Source of the DNA: Octopus sinensis | Lineage: Eukaryota | Direction: 5' to 3' | DNA length: 64,000 nucleotides | Assembly: GCF_006345805.1 (NCBI RefSeq) | Contig: NW_021836143.1 | Coordinates: 124,001-188,000, forward strand | Part shown: positions 50,701 through 64,000 of the stretch, in pieces | Position numbering within the stretch: the stretch's first letter is position 1 | Layout of the letters: each line of letters starts with the position of its first letter | The notes under the pieces: generated by a model | Databases searched by the model: none | What the model was told of the DNA's origin: nothing | Seen by the model: the letters and a program-made list of their open reading frames with translations, nothing else | Translations under genes and position numbers: made by a program

Positions 50701-53700
50701 ACTCAGCTGTATCAAATTTTCCTATTGTCTTAACATGGTTGTACAAGTGAAAAACAAATTTACCTCTACTGAAGGAGTGGAGAGAGAGAAAGAAAGGATA
50801 AAACAGAGAAAAAGGAAAATACAAAGAAAATTAAGAAAAAAATATTCAAGCAAAAATAAATTTTGAAATGGCATTGTCAGTTTCTTTAAGGGTAGAAGTT
50901 TAGAAACTGTAACATACTATATTTAATATTTCCAACATCTCTAAAAATCTGCGATACATTTCTAACACTTAATGCTAGAGTAAACAAATTATGATACATT
51001 TTTACCACAAAGACATCTTAAATTAATCACATTACTAATTAAAATTTTTCACAAAAAAGATGATCACATAGCATTTTATCAAAGGAATCTATGAATGAAA
51101 AAATTCCTTGTTATAAAATGTTGCCTTGCTAAAAACAAGCTAAGTGGATCCATTATATAATTATTGGTTTTAACTGGAACCTAGTGGCTGAATACATTTT
51201 GATATGGTATTTCCACCTCTTCATTCAATACACCAATCTATTACTAAAATTTAACTTGTAACACACAAGAGTATAAGTTAACAGTAATGTCAAGGCAAAT
51301 GGAAGACCCATAGGAATAAAACTGCAGATATTTTATCCTGTCTATTTAAATAGCATTTATTGTACACTCATAGAGGAGAATTTGATAAAATTTAAATATT
51401 AGGGAGTGTTTATCTGTGAAATACATTTATTGATTAGGGTGTTAAAAATTGCTTCAGGCACAAGGGGGAAAACAGATTATTCTGTTCTTAAGTTTTACGA
51501 GGTGGTAAAATAAGTCCCAAGGTTTAAAGGGTTAATGTCATTATTAATTAGAGAGAATTCTGAACAAAGCTAAAAGCATTAAATTGGTTAATTTTAAATT
51601 ATTTCAGTTCGGTGTGTTGTGATTATGAGATTACTCCTCACTATAGTTTGCTTAGTCTTTAATAACTCTGGGTAGGATAAAGTACAGGGTAATAATTTTA
51701 GTTGTTTAACATTTCAAAACTAGGGTCGGCATTTATTGTTGGTTATAAATAGAATGCTAACATTTACTAACTGAGCGTGGGTAAGAGTTAGTTTATTCTG
51801 GAGTATGTTATTAATTTGACTTTGACAAATTATTACTGATTATTATCTGCAAAAGGTGTTTTATAGTGTTGCAGCAGCTGAAAAGATATTTAAGATTTTT
51901 ATGTCTGTTATTTATATTATCGTATTGTATTTAACAGTAGGTTGAATAGGATAAAGATCCAGTATAATCTAGCTGATCATAATCTATTAGATTTTGATAA
52001 AAGAATAAAACCACAGGTTTGAAGGGTGGATTTCTTCAACTAAACCTTATTACTTGTTGGGTAATATATTTTATTTGTCGCAGGAGGATGAATGGCAAAA
52101 GTAACCTCAGTAAGATTCAAACTCTACAAGCAAAGGACCGTAATTATATACCAGAAGAGGTATTTTTGTCAGTGCTCTGATGATTCAGTCATTTTCTAGT
52201 CTTAACCAATCACTTTATATCATAAAATTCTGCAGGTGTGTTTTGAACTCGACCTTTGAAGAATTTTAAATCATCTAATAGTATTAGTTCTATCTTAAAT
52301 CATTTGAATATATACACATTTACCTTGTCAAGTAGCATATTTTATGAAGATATTTTAAATGTTTTTAGTTTGTATTTATAATATTTTAGAATTACTTTTG
52401 GATAAAAGCTTTTTAACCCTGAAGGATATGGTAAAATGTATTTTACACAAGTCTCTTGAAAAGATTTTAAAAATTGAACAAATTTCATGAAAAACAGCTT
52501 TGATTACTGTTGCATATCATATACCGAAATTATAAAAAAAAATTCAGAAAAAAACCCCCCAAAAACAAATGAGGAAAAAAATGTGGTTAAAGAAATTAAA
52601 CATAACAGAAGCGAGTAATCTAACATTTCTATATGCAATGTTTTAAAGCATTTGATATATCTACGTTTTTTTCTTTTTTTCAGAATTAATCAAATTTCTA
52701 GTTGTGTGGGTAGGTGAATGCTGAGGTGTGATTAATCAACTTCAAAGAAATGGCAGAAATATTGGATTAAATGCAAAATTGAACATGAAAAGGAGTAGAA
52801 TATAATACCTTCCTGTTTCTTTCTCTAACTCACTAACACAACCCCTTCTCCTGCCCATGAACAGCACACACATACACACACATACTCTATTTTGATTTCC
52901 TTTAGTGAAGAAACTGATGTAAGTCATGACAGTCACATACTAACTGAGTGCATAGAAATGCATTTGATGACCTACTTATTGCAAACATAGATATATTTGG
53001 TTATGTTCATGTACAAATGATACATTATCATCATCATTTTAATGTTCATTTTTCCAAGTTTGCATGGGTCAAACAGAATTTGTTGATGTAAATTTTCTGC
53101 TATGGAATGCCCTTCCTCTCACCAAGCAAAGTAATATTTCCCTATAGCTGGAAGACTGAAACCAATGAACACTGCTTATGTGATGACAATGCTTGTTTAA
53201 AACTATTGCATAATGTCAAGACATATAGACAAATACACATCATATCAAAAGTGAATAATCTACTCCTCTATATAGAAAATATATCTATCCAATCAACTCA
53301 GCAAGGTTCACCTAACCCATGCCAGCATGGAAAGATAGACATTAAAACACACACACACACACACACACAGTTGTGAATACTCTCAGACAGAAATGTTTGT
53401 TCGTAAATTAAGAAGTTTCTCAAGTTACTGTAGCACTCTTGAGAATATAGAATCCAGTATTGATAAAAATATACAACTAAAAAAACCATTTTATGACTAT
53501 CTTAACATTATGCATATTTATACTTTCCTCTTAAAATATTAGTCACATAGATTGTGTTTTTTTTTACATTTATTGCTGCAATCTTTAAAAATAATAACTA
53601 TAAATAATTCCAAACTTCTGCATGTATATATTGGTAAATAAAATTACCATTTTAGTAAATGTAGATTTATAGATAGATGCACACGAAGACACACACACAC

Positions 53701-55221
53701 ATACAAATATACACATCACTTTGGAACTATTCCTCACATGCAGGTATTCAGTTTCCAGTTGCTCTAATTCTTTTGAACATTTCATTATTCAATCTGTATC
53801 AGACAATGAGGTGCTATTTAATCTGTTTCTCCCTCTCTATCTATTACTAACACATACACATAGCAAATGAAACACTTCCTTTGCCTTTCTCCGTTTTATC
53901 TTAGACTTACATTCATGTAAATATATAAACTTTTATTCATATCATTTTCATAGTTACCTAAAGAGTGTATACACCGTACGTAAACAATGTAAATGAGAGA
54001 TTATTTTAATCTGAAACACTGTTCTAAGTATGTGATTAAAATGTAAGACATGTATTCATGTTTGCAATAAACACTGCATGAAATCTTTAACAGTAAAAGA
54101 TTTATATGATAATAGTGTTAGAGACATTATGTCCAAGGCTTAAATACTGGAATACAAACCATAAGATACTAAGCACATGCATTAAGAAAGTAAGAAAGTA
54201 ATATACATTTACACACACACACACACACAGTTATTATAGCCGGCATCTTACAAACACTTTGGATTTCATGCTTTTCTAACAGCAGACTGGATTTAGTTAG
54301 TAGAAACTGAAAAAAGCCTATTATATGCATATATTGTCTGTATTTATGTTAATTTTAATGCTTCTTTTCTCTTATGCAGGTATGAATTTGGATGGAGATT
54401 TTTTTTGTTGAAGTGGGACTTTACAGCTGGATGCTTTTTCTGACACCATCTTGTGCGTCTATGTTTGCGTGTGCACATCTCTGAAAAGTACTGAGCTACA
54501 ATCAGTAATTTTATTTCCCCTGTCAAGAAATCATATACTGGTTTTGCCTATTTGAAGAGGAGATCTTTTACTTCAAAAGCTGGTTAGTGTTAACAACAAG
54601 AAAGGCATCCAGCTATAAAACAATTCCCTAATAATATATTTGTCTATCCCATGTTAGCATAGAAAAGCTGATGTAAAACGAACGTGTAATAATCTAATAT
54701 ATGTATATTACAGTGAGTGCATGAAGGCATATGATCTTGTGATAAGAATGTTGCACTGACAACCATAAGATTGTGGTTTTGATTCGTGGATCAAGCAGTA
54801 ATTTGTGTACTTGAGAAAAATACTTCCTCATTGATGCAGTCCACTAAACTGCAGACGGGAGACTTGTGATCAACTGGCACCTCATTTAGGAGTATTGTTG
54901 TGATCTTGCTCATTTATACAGCATGGACATGGGACAACTGGCACTGTGAGTTCTAGGACTCAAGACAGCAATATCCAGGAGTTAATGAGAATGATATCCT
55001 TTTATCTTTTAAATGGAATTTTTAGTTAAATGTATCGACCCCAGTACTTCTTTTTTAAAGCCTGGTACTTATTCTATTGGTCTCTTTTGTTGAACTGTTA
55101 AACTACAGGGACATAAACACACCAGCACAGGTTGTCAGGCGGTAGTGGGGGACAAAATATCACACTGTGTTTGCATGCTTGTATACACACACACACACAC
55201 ACATACGTGTACACACACAGA

Positions 55222-55330
55222 TACAGGGTGCGATGGGTAAATTGTCGCCATTTTATATTTTTAATTTCGTGCATGTGCATTATTTGTTTTTCATTTTGCT
55301 CACTGCACAGTATAGTAGGGTCGTTTAACT
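55222..55330 (+). mobile_element. Tc1/mariner-type terminal fragment
   Basis: TA followed by CAGGGTG...; no second end seen (a SINE follows). Confidence 0.45.
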
Positions 55331-55369
55331 ATACACACAAGATAATTTATACAGATAATTTATACAGGT

Positions 55370-55475
55370 GCGTGGCACCTTGGGCAAGTGTCTTCTACTA
55401 TAGCCTTGGGCTGACCAAAGCCTTGTGAGTGGATTTGATAGACGGAAACTGAAAGAAGCCCATCGTATATATGTA

Positions 55476-55519
<44 letters not shown>

Positions 55520-55735
55520 CATGTGTGTGTCTGTGTTTGTCCCCCTAGCATTGCTTGACAACCGATGCTGGTGTGTTTATGTCCCCGTTACTTAGCAGTT
55601 CGGCAAAAAGAGACCGATAGAATAAGTACTGGGCTAACAAAAGAATAAGTCCCGGGGTTGAGTTGCTCGATTAAAGGCGGTGCTCCAGCATGGCCGCAGT
55701 CAAATGACTGAAACAAGTAAAAGAGTAAAGAGATA
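55370..55735 (+). mobile_element. Family A SINE, 5' truncated
   Basis: From gcgtggcaccttgggcaag to aaacaagtaaaagagtaaagag. Confidence 0.87.
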
Positions 55736-56751
55736 TGTAGACACATATATATCTATGTGTGAGTATGTATGTATGTTTATATGTGTGTGTATGTATGTTT
55801 GTGTGTGTGTGTATTTATGTGTTTATTTGTTCTTATGTATACACAAGATTAGACTAAAACTGGTATTCTTTGCTGTGTCTCTTTATAGCCTATAACTACC
55901 TCAATGTATAGAGACTGATGAGTCTTGAAATACTGGGATTCATATGATTGGCTAAATCTGTGAAGACAAGACACAGTATAGCTACAGTCCAATGACTGAA
56001 ACTAATATATCTATATTGATTGATTGATAGGCAGACAAACAGAAAATCTATTTACTCTTTGGTAATGTACAAAATTCATATTGAATTCTCTTTGGATTTC
56101 AGCTACCTTCATGTCTCTTTCAAGAATACACATGCATAAATTCACACATTCACACACACATGATCATACAGGTTACAAAGAGGTAAGTGTTTCTGCATTG
56201 GCAAGAATTGAATTATTTAATAAAATCGACAAAATTTGGGCGGTGAACTTGCTGCGAGGAGTGAAAAATTCAGTGTTTCAGATAATCCCTTTTCAACAAA
56301 AATTTGACAGGTGAGAAACTAGAGACACAGCAGAGTTTTTTTTACATATTCTAAGTTAGAAAAACAGTTTGGAATTGATAAGGAATACAAGTCCTCAGAA
56401 GCTTCATATACTGACAGGAAAGAATAGGACAAAGAATCTGGGAGAGAGACAGGTAGAATGAAACAGGATTGGAATGAAGCAAAGCAGTGGGCAAAGGCAA
56501 AAAGGAAGTGAGATAGGAATCAGAAGATAAGAAACAGCTAAATGAAATCAGAAGAAGTGGAGGAGAAAGAAAAATGCTCATTTAAACCTGGTGGTGACAA
56601 AGTACCAAGTTCGAATATAAAACATTGTTCCCCATTTCTTTGAATATGTAAATCCCTGGTGTACCTGTAATTACTTCAACACCTTAGCTTCACATAAGTA
56701 TCCATGAATTATAGCTTTAGTAGACATTTCCCTTTCTCTCTGTCTCTGTAG

Positions 56752-56796
<45 letters not shown>

Positions 56797-56820
56797 AATA
56801 AATAAATATATATATATATA

Positions 56821-57215
56821 TGAGATATTGTAGTTCGCTTGAAGCACTGTGTATTGTTTGTAAAGAATAAATTTTGAAAGGTACAACAATGCACTATAAT
56901 ATAGACAATGGGCTATATACCTGTTGTAATTTAGTCATCCATAATCCGATATGATATTTTGGAATAATATTCCTTCTTCAGATATTCATAGATGGTGTCA
57001 CTGCTATAATCGGTTTTCTAACGGCAATTAATGTAGCAGTCAAACACAGCCGTTAGAAAACCAATTATAGTAGCAACTCCATCTAAGAATATCTGAAGAA
57101 GGAATACTATTCCAAAATATCATATCAGACTATGGATGACTAAATAACAACAGGTATATAGTCCATTGTCTGTATTATAGTGCATTGTTGTACCATTCAA
57201 AAAACTTTTTATTCT
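56821..57215. mobile_element. Head-to-head inverted pair of a pLTR-like element (family P4), arms about 150 bp, each with a degenerate HHR-like motif
   Basis: Arms 56873-57025 and 57049-57201 are reverse complements (roughly 90% by eye). CUGAAGA-A-GGAA uacua UUCC-aAAA-UA-UC at 57093-57121, mirrored at about 56946-56987; (AT)n on both outer sides. Confidence 0.75.
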
Positions 57216-58094
57216 ATATATATATATATATAAATATATAAATAAAATCAAAGAGATACAATTTTGGATAAGATTATGTCAAAATGTGTGCGTGTGTGTG
57301 TGTGTGTGTGAGCATACTAATAAACTCCCCTATGTGGGTCCTTTAGGATTATAGAAGTTAATACCGTAAGTTAATACCTGGTTGATCAAAGAAACAGTTC
57401 TGTTGTAAAATTCTTTAACATGTTGTCTGTTATACAATGTTATGTCAAATATTTTGAATTCAGACTGTTTAGTATGGTATACAATAATCTCACAGGACAC
57501 TGCAGAGCAAAATGTGAGTGGTTTCAGTTGCTACATGGTACAATAACTTTTCTGATGCCAAAGAAAGTCATTTTCAAAATGATGCAATGTACTAAAAGGT
57601 TTTTATAAAGGTGTCACAGACCAAATAGTGCCATACATTGAGATGACTTGAGAAATGACATCAGAGATGTATTCATGTCATGTTGACAAAAATAATTAAA
57701 AGAATATATTTAGCAACAAATATCAGTTTATGCTGAGATATACAGAAATACTACAATTAATGTAGCAGTCAAACACAGTTAAGCCAAACCTTGTAAAATA
57801 TGACTATAAATGCCAAAAATTTTCATTCTTTTAACATGATTTCATATGCACAACTTTAAATGCATAATATAATTTTTTGATCATCTCACGTATTTTGCTG
57901 ATTTTTTTTTTTTTAAACTCTTTAGCAAGAAAATATTCTTTCTTAATGTTAATAATAGCACATTAAACAAAAGAAATTCTCTGAAATTGCAAGATCAATT
58001 TACGAAAATATTCCAGAGTATGGAAGATATTTATATCAAAACTAAAGTATCGAAATAATCTTTAGATATATAAAATAACTAAATATAGTTGAAG

Positions 58095-58140
58095 ATTATA
58101 TATATGTATATCTGTGTACATATATATAATGAGTATCATG

Positions 58141-58194
<54 letters not shown>

Positions 58195-58330
58195 CATCAT
58201 CATTATATATATATATATACACACATGCACCTGTATATATGTAAAAATACACATACATGCATATATACATACACACATATGTATGTATATATGTATGTAT
58301 GTATATACATACATTTATATATACATGATA
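58095..58330. repeat. Compound (AT)n/(ATAC)n microsatellite
   Basis: Direct reading. Confidence 0.88.
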
Positions 58331-60752
58331 ATATGATGGGAAATTGAAGAAAACTATTCTGGTTTGTACAATATTTATAGCAAGAAAATCTTTACTAAAT
58401 GTTTGATCAAAGGCATTCATAATTGCTTGAAAATTATTCAGTCAACAATGATAAATTGCATGATCAACTGAACTAATCATCCTTTTTTTTTTGTTATATT
58501 GTATGTTAGTTATTATTTGATTTCTAATCTTTTTTGTTATTTCTTTACTTTGCTTTTTTCAACTGCCATAAACTAGTTAGACAGAAAATATTTTGAAAGG
58601 CTAGGCAATTAATCAAAATAATGAATAACAGAACTTCAATATGAATGATTACATATTTAAAGTTTAATTGCTTTAAGTCACAGATAATTGGACTAATGCA
58701 TGATCACTGTTTTAGTATTCGGGCTTGTTATTGCAATATTTTACTTAATTGTTTTCTTATTTTTATCACAATTATAACTGAGGTTAGAAATGTTTATCTT
58801 TACTATCTTCATGCATGATTTTGCCAATTCCACTGACTCAAAGTTCCTATCTTGTTCAGTCTTGAATAGCTTTAAAGTCATTCAGTTCTACAACCTGTCA
58901 CTTTAAGTAGCCTCCCTTGTTTGTTGTACTGCCATAAATCAATCAATCTTGCTTTGAAGTCATCTTCAGGTTTCTATTAAGCACAATACGGTTGTTAAAA
59001 TGTTGAATAAAACCTGAGGACAGCAAAAAAAGTCTTAATCTTATGTCAGAGTTTAATGTTCTCAGAACTTTCGTAAGCTTTAAAGCACTGAACACTAATT
59101 CTAGTTGTAAATTTATATTTTGTGTATTTTCTATATTTTGGTGATGCAAATTTTTCAGACCTAGGATAAATCAGTTACGAGTTCAGTTTTCCTTTCTTAC
59201 TGTAGATATGACATTAATATGTTCACTTAGGATCTTAACTAGCAATCATTGTTAAGTTGTGACTTATTACTTCCTCTCTCCCTTCTTTGGGCATATTCCA
59301 GTGGAAGATTACAGACTATAAGTCCAGCAAATGCATGAAACATATATTATCACAAAGCATTCAGATATGAAAGCTTCAATTCTAGGAAGCATTTTGACAG
59401 CTGCAAGGAAGTAGAAATTAAAATTTATATAAAAGCTTTTGTTAGAAATATTGGTGACATGAGTATTCAAAAGCTACACTAATTAGATAGGAACAACCAC
59501 AAATTAACATGCACTGGGAAATATTTGTCATTCAACAATTTATTATCTCATTTGCCTGTTACATTTCACTCCACTCATCACAGTACTGTATAATTCTGTA
59601 TAGGTTATAGTGGCATGGTTATTATTGAATTGATTAGATTTATATACTGAATTTTTCAGTTCATAATTAGGGCTGGCTACATTCAAAATATATAGTATAC
59701 AAATTTTTCTCTACATGTTTGTAATCTAACTATAAATTATTCTGAATTATCATGGGAAGGGTTTCAAGAGAATTGTTGATGAGAAATTTTATTAACAAAA
59801 TTCTACTCAGAACTTCATGGTCCAGCTTTAAGGTATCTTCTTTTCCTTAATTTTGTATTTAGAGAGATATTTGAAGCAATGGAATTAGAAATTACCATGA
59901 AAAGCAACCAAACTCTTTAATTTTTATAGTTGTGTATTCATAATAAAATTAGCCAAATACATTCTTTAAAATAAATGAAAAACTGACAGATATCCAAAGG
60001 GAACAAGAGAACTAAATATCAAAACATTAAAATATGTTAAAGAATTGAGATAAAATCATAAATATTCTTGAGTATTTCAATATAGCATTTCTTTTCCTGA
60101 TACAAAGTTAATAATAGTTTCCCTTCAAATGGAATATAATTTTCATCTTAAAGAAATTGTTTAAAAAATTAAGTGAAAATGTTTTAATTTCAGCCAGTAG
60201 AGAGTTAACAACAGTAATATAAAATTTACTCATACAAGAAAATTTTATCAACTTATATTAAATCTGTTCATGTCAATGTAATCAAATTAAAACTGTAAGA
60301 AACTTTAAAAATTTATGGTCATGCCCAGAATTGCTAATCCTTCAGCTCATCCATGTGTGAAAAGTGTGAAGTAAATGTGAATAATTCTAGGTATGAGGGT
60401 GAATTTGTGGAGAATGAGATCTCAATTCCTTGCACTTTACTACATGGCAAACAAATTTATTCATCAATATAGATTAAGAAAAACTGAAATTAAGATTAGG
60501 AAGAACTATCAAATTTTAAAAAAAGGCTCAAAAAACATAGATCATGCAATAAATGAAATAAATAAAAACACTTAAATTATGTCAATATCATTCAGTGAAA
60601 ATAACAGAGGAAGCTTTCCTATTTTTTACCTTTTTTTTTGGCCTCATAAACTTTTCCACATAATCATGTATTTTTTAACCTTTGATTATATATAAATGCA
60701 CTTGCAAAACTTCTGAATTATATAGAAAAGATAACATTTTCATAATACTCAC

Positions 60753-60957
60753 CTAATACAAATAGATTCACCTTGTTTATTTTTACAGGAACTGTATTAA
60801 TTTGACAGTTGAATTGACCTTGATCAGATGGTTCCACATCCCTTATATGTAAGTTCCACTCACCAGGATGATCACGAACCACCATTATACGGACATCATC
60901 AGTAATTCGACGATCTCTCATCGTCAACAGTGTATGTCTTTGATTTGTCCATATAAC
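60753..60957 (-). CDS. Internal coding exon of an Ig-superfamily cell-adhesion gene (lachesin/DIP/IgLON-like), C-terminal half of the first Ig domain
   Basis: Acceptor ttttttttgtattAG, then a 205-nt open exon VIWTNQRHTLLTMRDRRITDDVRIMVVRDHPGEWNLHIRDVEPSDQGQFNCQINTVPVKINKVNLFVL+G, then donor GTgagt (phase 0 in, phase 1 out). W..., WNLHI..V...D.G...CQINT.P is the Ig V/I-set pattern of lachesin/DIP proteins. Confidence 0.92.
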
Positions 60958-61409
60958 CTAATACAAAAAAAAATAAGATTAAAGATAATATTAGTACTAA
61001 TATATAATAACAATAATAATTTCTAAACATATGCAGGAAATAACAAACTGAAGGAAAAAATAGTCACCCTGTTGGTTATTGTATTGTACACCATTCACCT
61101 TATCCAGAAAAATGAAATGGAGAGATCAAGTTCATCAAAGTTTGAACACAACATACAGAAAATGGAAAATATATACTATTAGATATTTTATCAAATAATA
61201 CCGTTTCTTTTAAACAACATTTAACAATCTGAATCAACAAGGAAGCCTATTTACTAGTTTTCACTTAATCGACAAGAAATAGCAACTAATTCTTCCATAA
61301 ATCATACGTCAGTATTTTAAATGGTAAATGATGTTACATTAGATACTTTCTGGAAAATAGAACAACAGTGTTCATAAGTTTGCTAAATCAGAGCTGACTT
61401 AGAGTTAAT

Positions 61410-61775
61410 GAGTAATGATAACACTCATGCATATGCTTACAAAATCAAGAAAACAACACAGGACCCATGACTTGCAGAAGCCTTTTTTCATGAGCAGAAT
61501 TTCTGACGCATGGAATAAACTACCTGCATCAGTTGTTAGCTGTCAAGACATTACATTCTTCAAAGCTTTCATGCTTCTTGAAATTCGCCAACAGTACACC
61601 TGATGCTCCCCACCCACCATTTCTTCTTCTTTATTTCTGTTCAGGCTTTTTTTCACTGTTCACTTCCTGTACATATTTTTATGTACTGTGCATGCAGTTT
61701 TAGTTTCTTTTTTCTGATGAGTTGTAGTGCACCTGAGCACTATATACAATAAGTTCATTATTATTATCATTATTG
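61410..61775 (+). mobile_element. CR1/L2-group LINE 3' end
   Basis: KPFFMSRISDAWNKLPASVVSCQDITFFK (FF..RV...WN.LP..VV.....FK), 3' UTR ending in (ATT)n. Confidence 0.75.
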
Positions 61776-61777
61776 TA

Positions 61778-62250
61778 AGGTGGCGAGCTGGCAGAATTGC
61801 TAGTACACCAGATGAAATGCTTAGCATCACTGCATTCTGAGTTCATATTCCGCCGAGGTCGACTTTGCCTTTCATTTTTTCGGGCTCGATAAATTAAGTA
61901 CCTATTTCTTTATTACCCACAAGGGGCTAAACATAGAGGGGACAAACAAGGACAGACATAGGTATTAAGTCGATTACATCGACCACAGTGCGTAACTGGT
62001 ACTTAATTTATTGACCCCGAAAGGATGAAAAGTAAAGTCGACCTCGGCGGAATTTGAACTCAGAACGTAACGGCAGACGAAATACTGCTAAGCATTTCAC
62101 CCGACGTGCTAACGTTTCTGCCAGCTTGCAGCCTTGTATCATTATCAATAAATTAAGTACCGGTTACGCAATGGGGTTGACATAATCGACTAACCCCCCC
62201 CCAAAAAAAAAAAAGTTTCAGGCCTTGTGCCTATTGTAGAAAGAATTATT
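61778..62250. mobile_element. Family B SINE (+) interrupted by an antisense full-length family B SINE (61903-62134)
   Basis: ataaattaagtacc duplicated at 61889-61902 and 62148-62161 around the inverted copy. Confidence 0.85.
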
Positions 62251-62905
62251 ATTATGACATCAGCAATCAACATTCGTATTTGTTAAGGTAACTCTGAACA
62301 TGAATATGGTAGTACTGGGCAAAATTGTGTTTACCCTAATCTTGCAAAATAGCGTACAGTAATACTTTACAAGTTAAACAAGGTGAAAAAACATGCTCTT
62401 TTACTCATTCAACTAGAATAGGAAAAAAAAAAGAAAAAATTGTATTAAGAATATACAACATATAGAGAAGTGAAGAGATTGTGAAAATAACAAATTAATC
62501 CTACCAAAGAGATTTTGTGCAAGATGCTTTAGTAATATAATCATCTTTCCTTTTCTAACAGAACCAAGTATTCAAAACAAATAATGAAATAGTCTAGTAA
62601 ACCTTAAAATAAACCTAGTTCTAAGCAAAGAATATGCTTAAGAAAAGAAAGTCAATCAAATTCAGAGCATATATGGAGCCAAAGTATACAGCATGTTATG
62701 CAATGAGTTAGAAAGAAAATAATTATGAGTTCCTTTTTTACCAAATCAAATACTTGCATAAGTAGCAGAAAATTTACAGACAATCCAAACCACTACCAAT
62801 GAGCTAATGATGGTACCTCTATATGGTTGTTTGCCAAGTTAGAAATAAAAGCTAAATTTCCCTCAAATCATAGCTACATCTTTAAAAATGGACACAGAGA
62901 CACAC

Positions 62906-62941
<36 letters not shown>

Positions 62942-62946
<5 letters not shown>

Positions 62947-63144
62947 ACCTCATGTGTACCGTTGGCAATTTTTTTCCTCTGTCTTCCCTTCTCTGGATCT
63001 TTCCTTCTCCTATGTTTCCGACGAAGAGCTCCGCTTGAAACGTTAAACCCTCCTTCTTTCCTTCTTTCCTGAGCGTCCAATAATACTATATTTGTTCCAC
63101 GTCCTTGCGTTGTGTTTTTTTGTGCTTTCTTGTTTGGATTAACT
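62942..63144 (+). mobile_element. HHR-bearing solo element, family P2 copy b
   Basis: Homologous to 19257-19460; flanked by (AT)n. Confidence 0.78.
63014..63048 (+). ncRNA. Minimal hammerhead motif with a U4-to-C core change (probably inactive)
   Basis: GUUU-CcGACGA-A-GAGC UCC GCUU-GAAA-CG-UU^AAAC. Confidence 0.6.
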
Positions 63145-64000
63145 TTATATATATATATATAGTTTGGACAAATGACTGAAATGCTTTTGCTTGTCCAGGA
63201 CCGACCAAGGCTTAAATAACAGTACATGTGTAGCTGGCAAATTCATGTAATTAATACAGAATCCAATACCACAATTTGTGAGTAAAGTACATAACAAGTA
63301 CGCAAGTAACTGTAGTGAAAGCAGTTAAGGAATCATCAAATAAACCCAAATAACACTTGAATACTGAAAAAGAAAATATACATATAACAAAAAAAAAAAA
63401 ATGAAGACCTCCTCCTCTTACCATGCAAATAACTTTGTAACTAAATAACCTAAAAATAGAACACTGAAATCTTTACCCTTAAAAAAGTAGGCTGCACTTC
63501 TGATAATTTTATATTACTAGGGAGTCAAAAGGATGGTTATGGTTATAAAGAGCAATTATTAGTGTTTTACACATTGAAGACAGGTAAGGCTGAAACAATG
63601 AATTGATTACTGAAAAGCCTTTGTAGTGTAACATTTGGATATTTGATTCAAAATATCCTCCTGGATATTTATTTGATGCCGAAAAGAGAAACATCAAGAA
63701 CTACAATGCAGAAAGATGACTAAATGAGAAGTTAAAAATACTACCAATGTACAAGAACTTTGAAATGAAAATAAACAAGATTTGAAATAATACTAGTTGT
63801 ACTGACTGTAATGTAGAACATGAACCAAAACAAACACTGTACTATTCCCTAGAATTTCACATAATTAGTCTAATAAAAAAGCCACTAAACTGTCACACAA
63901 CCTGCCAGGAATAGCAATTAAATCTCCCTCAAATCGTACCCTACCACTTTGGAGAAAGGTGCATGAGCAGAGAAAGGTAAATGAACAAAGGAGTAGCAAA

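Noticed and set aside
51300-52590. aaagggTTAA (51526-51535) and TTAAccctg (about 52413) as piggyBac ends
   Set aside because: Single short motifs facing away from each other, with no matching partner end or transposase found.
55915-55975. CTGATGAGTCTT...AAGAC as a hammerhead
   Set aside because: The closing stem is not followed by GAAA and no helix I is found.
59190-59401. Candidate next Ig-gene exon after the minus-strand acceptor ttccttgcAG
   Set aside because: The in-phase reading (AVKMLPRIEAF...) stops after 30 codons and has no Ig pattern.

Overview
AT-rich animal genomic DNA, most likely from a coleoid cephalopod (Octopus-like), inferred from the very dense (AT)n/(AC)n/(AAT)n/(ATG)n microsatellites and the SINE families. 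Only one convincing host coding exon is visible: a 205-nt minus-strand exon (60753-60957) encoding the second half of an N-terminal Ig domain of a lachesin/DIP/IgLON-type adhesion protein. I found no further exon, so most of the window is probably a very long intron or flank. The rest is layered transposon debris: two common tRNA-headed SINE families plus a rarer third, an RTE-type 3' end family with an internal minisatellite, R4/Dong, RTE and CR1/L2 LINE fragments, a decayed piggyBac and MITE, a Helitron-type element and several Penelope-like (PLE) fragments. The main hidden signal is a set of minimal type I hammerhead ribozyme (HHR) motifs from several families. One family (three copies) keeps the HHR core, a 55-58 nt spacing and two downstream hairpins while its helix sequences differ. 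Several PLE/HHR pieces sit as head-to-head fold-backs, one with a spacer copied exactly from DNA 730 bp away. Nearly all ORFs in the supplied track are artefacts of repeats. Boundaries of decayed repeats were read by eye and are approximate.
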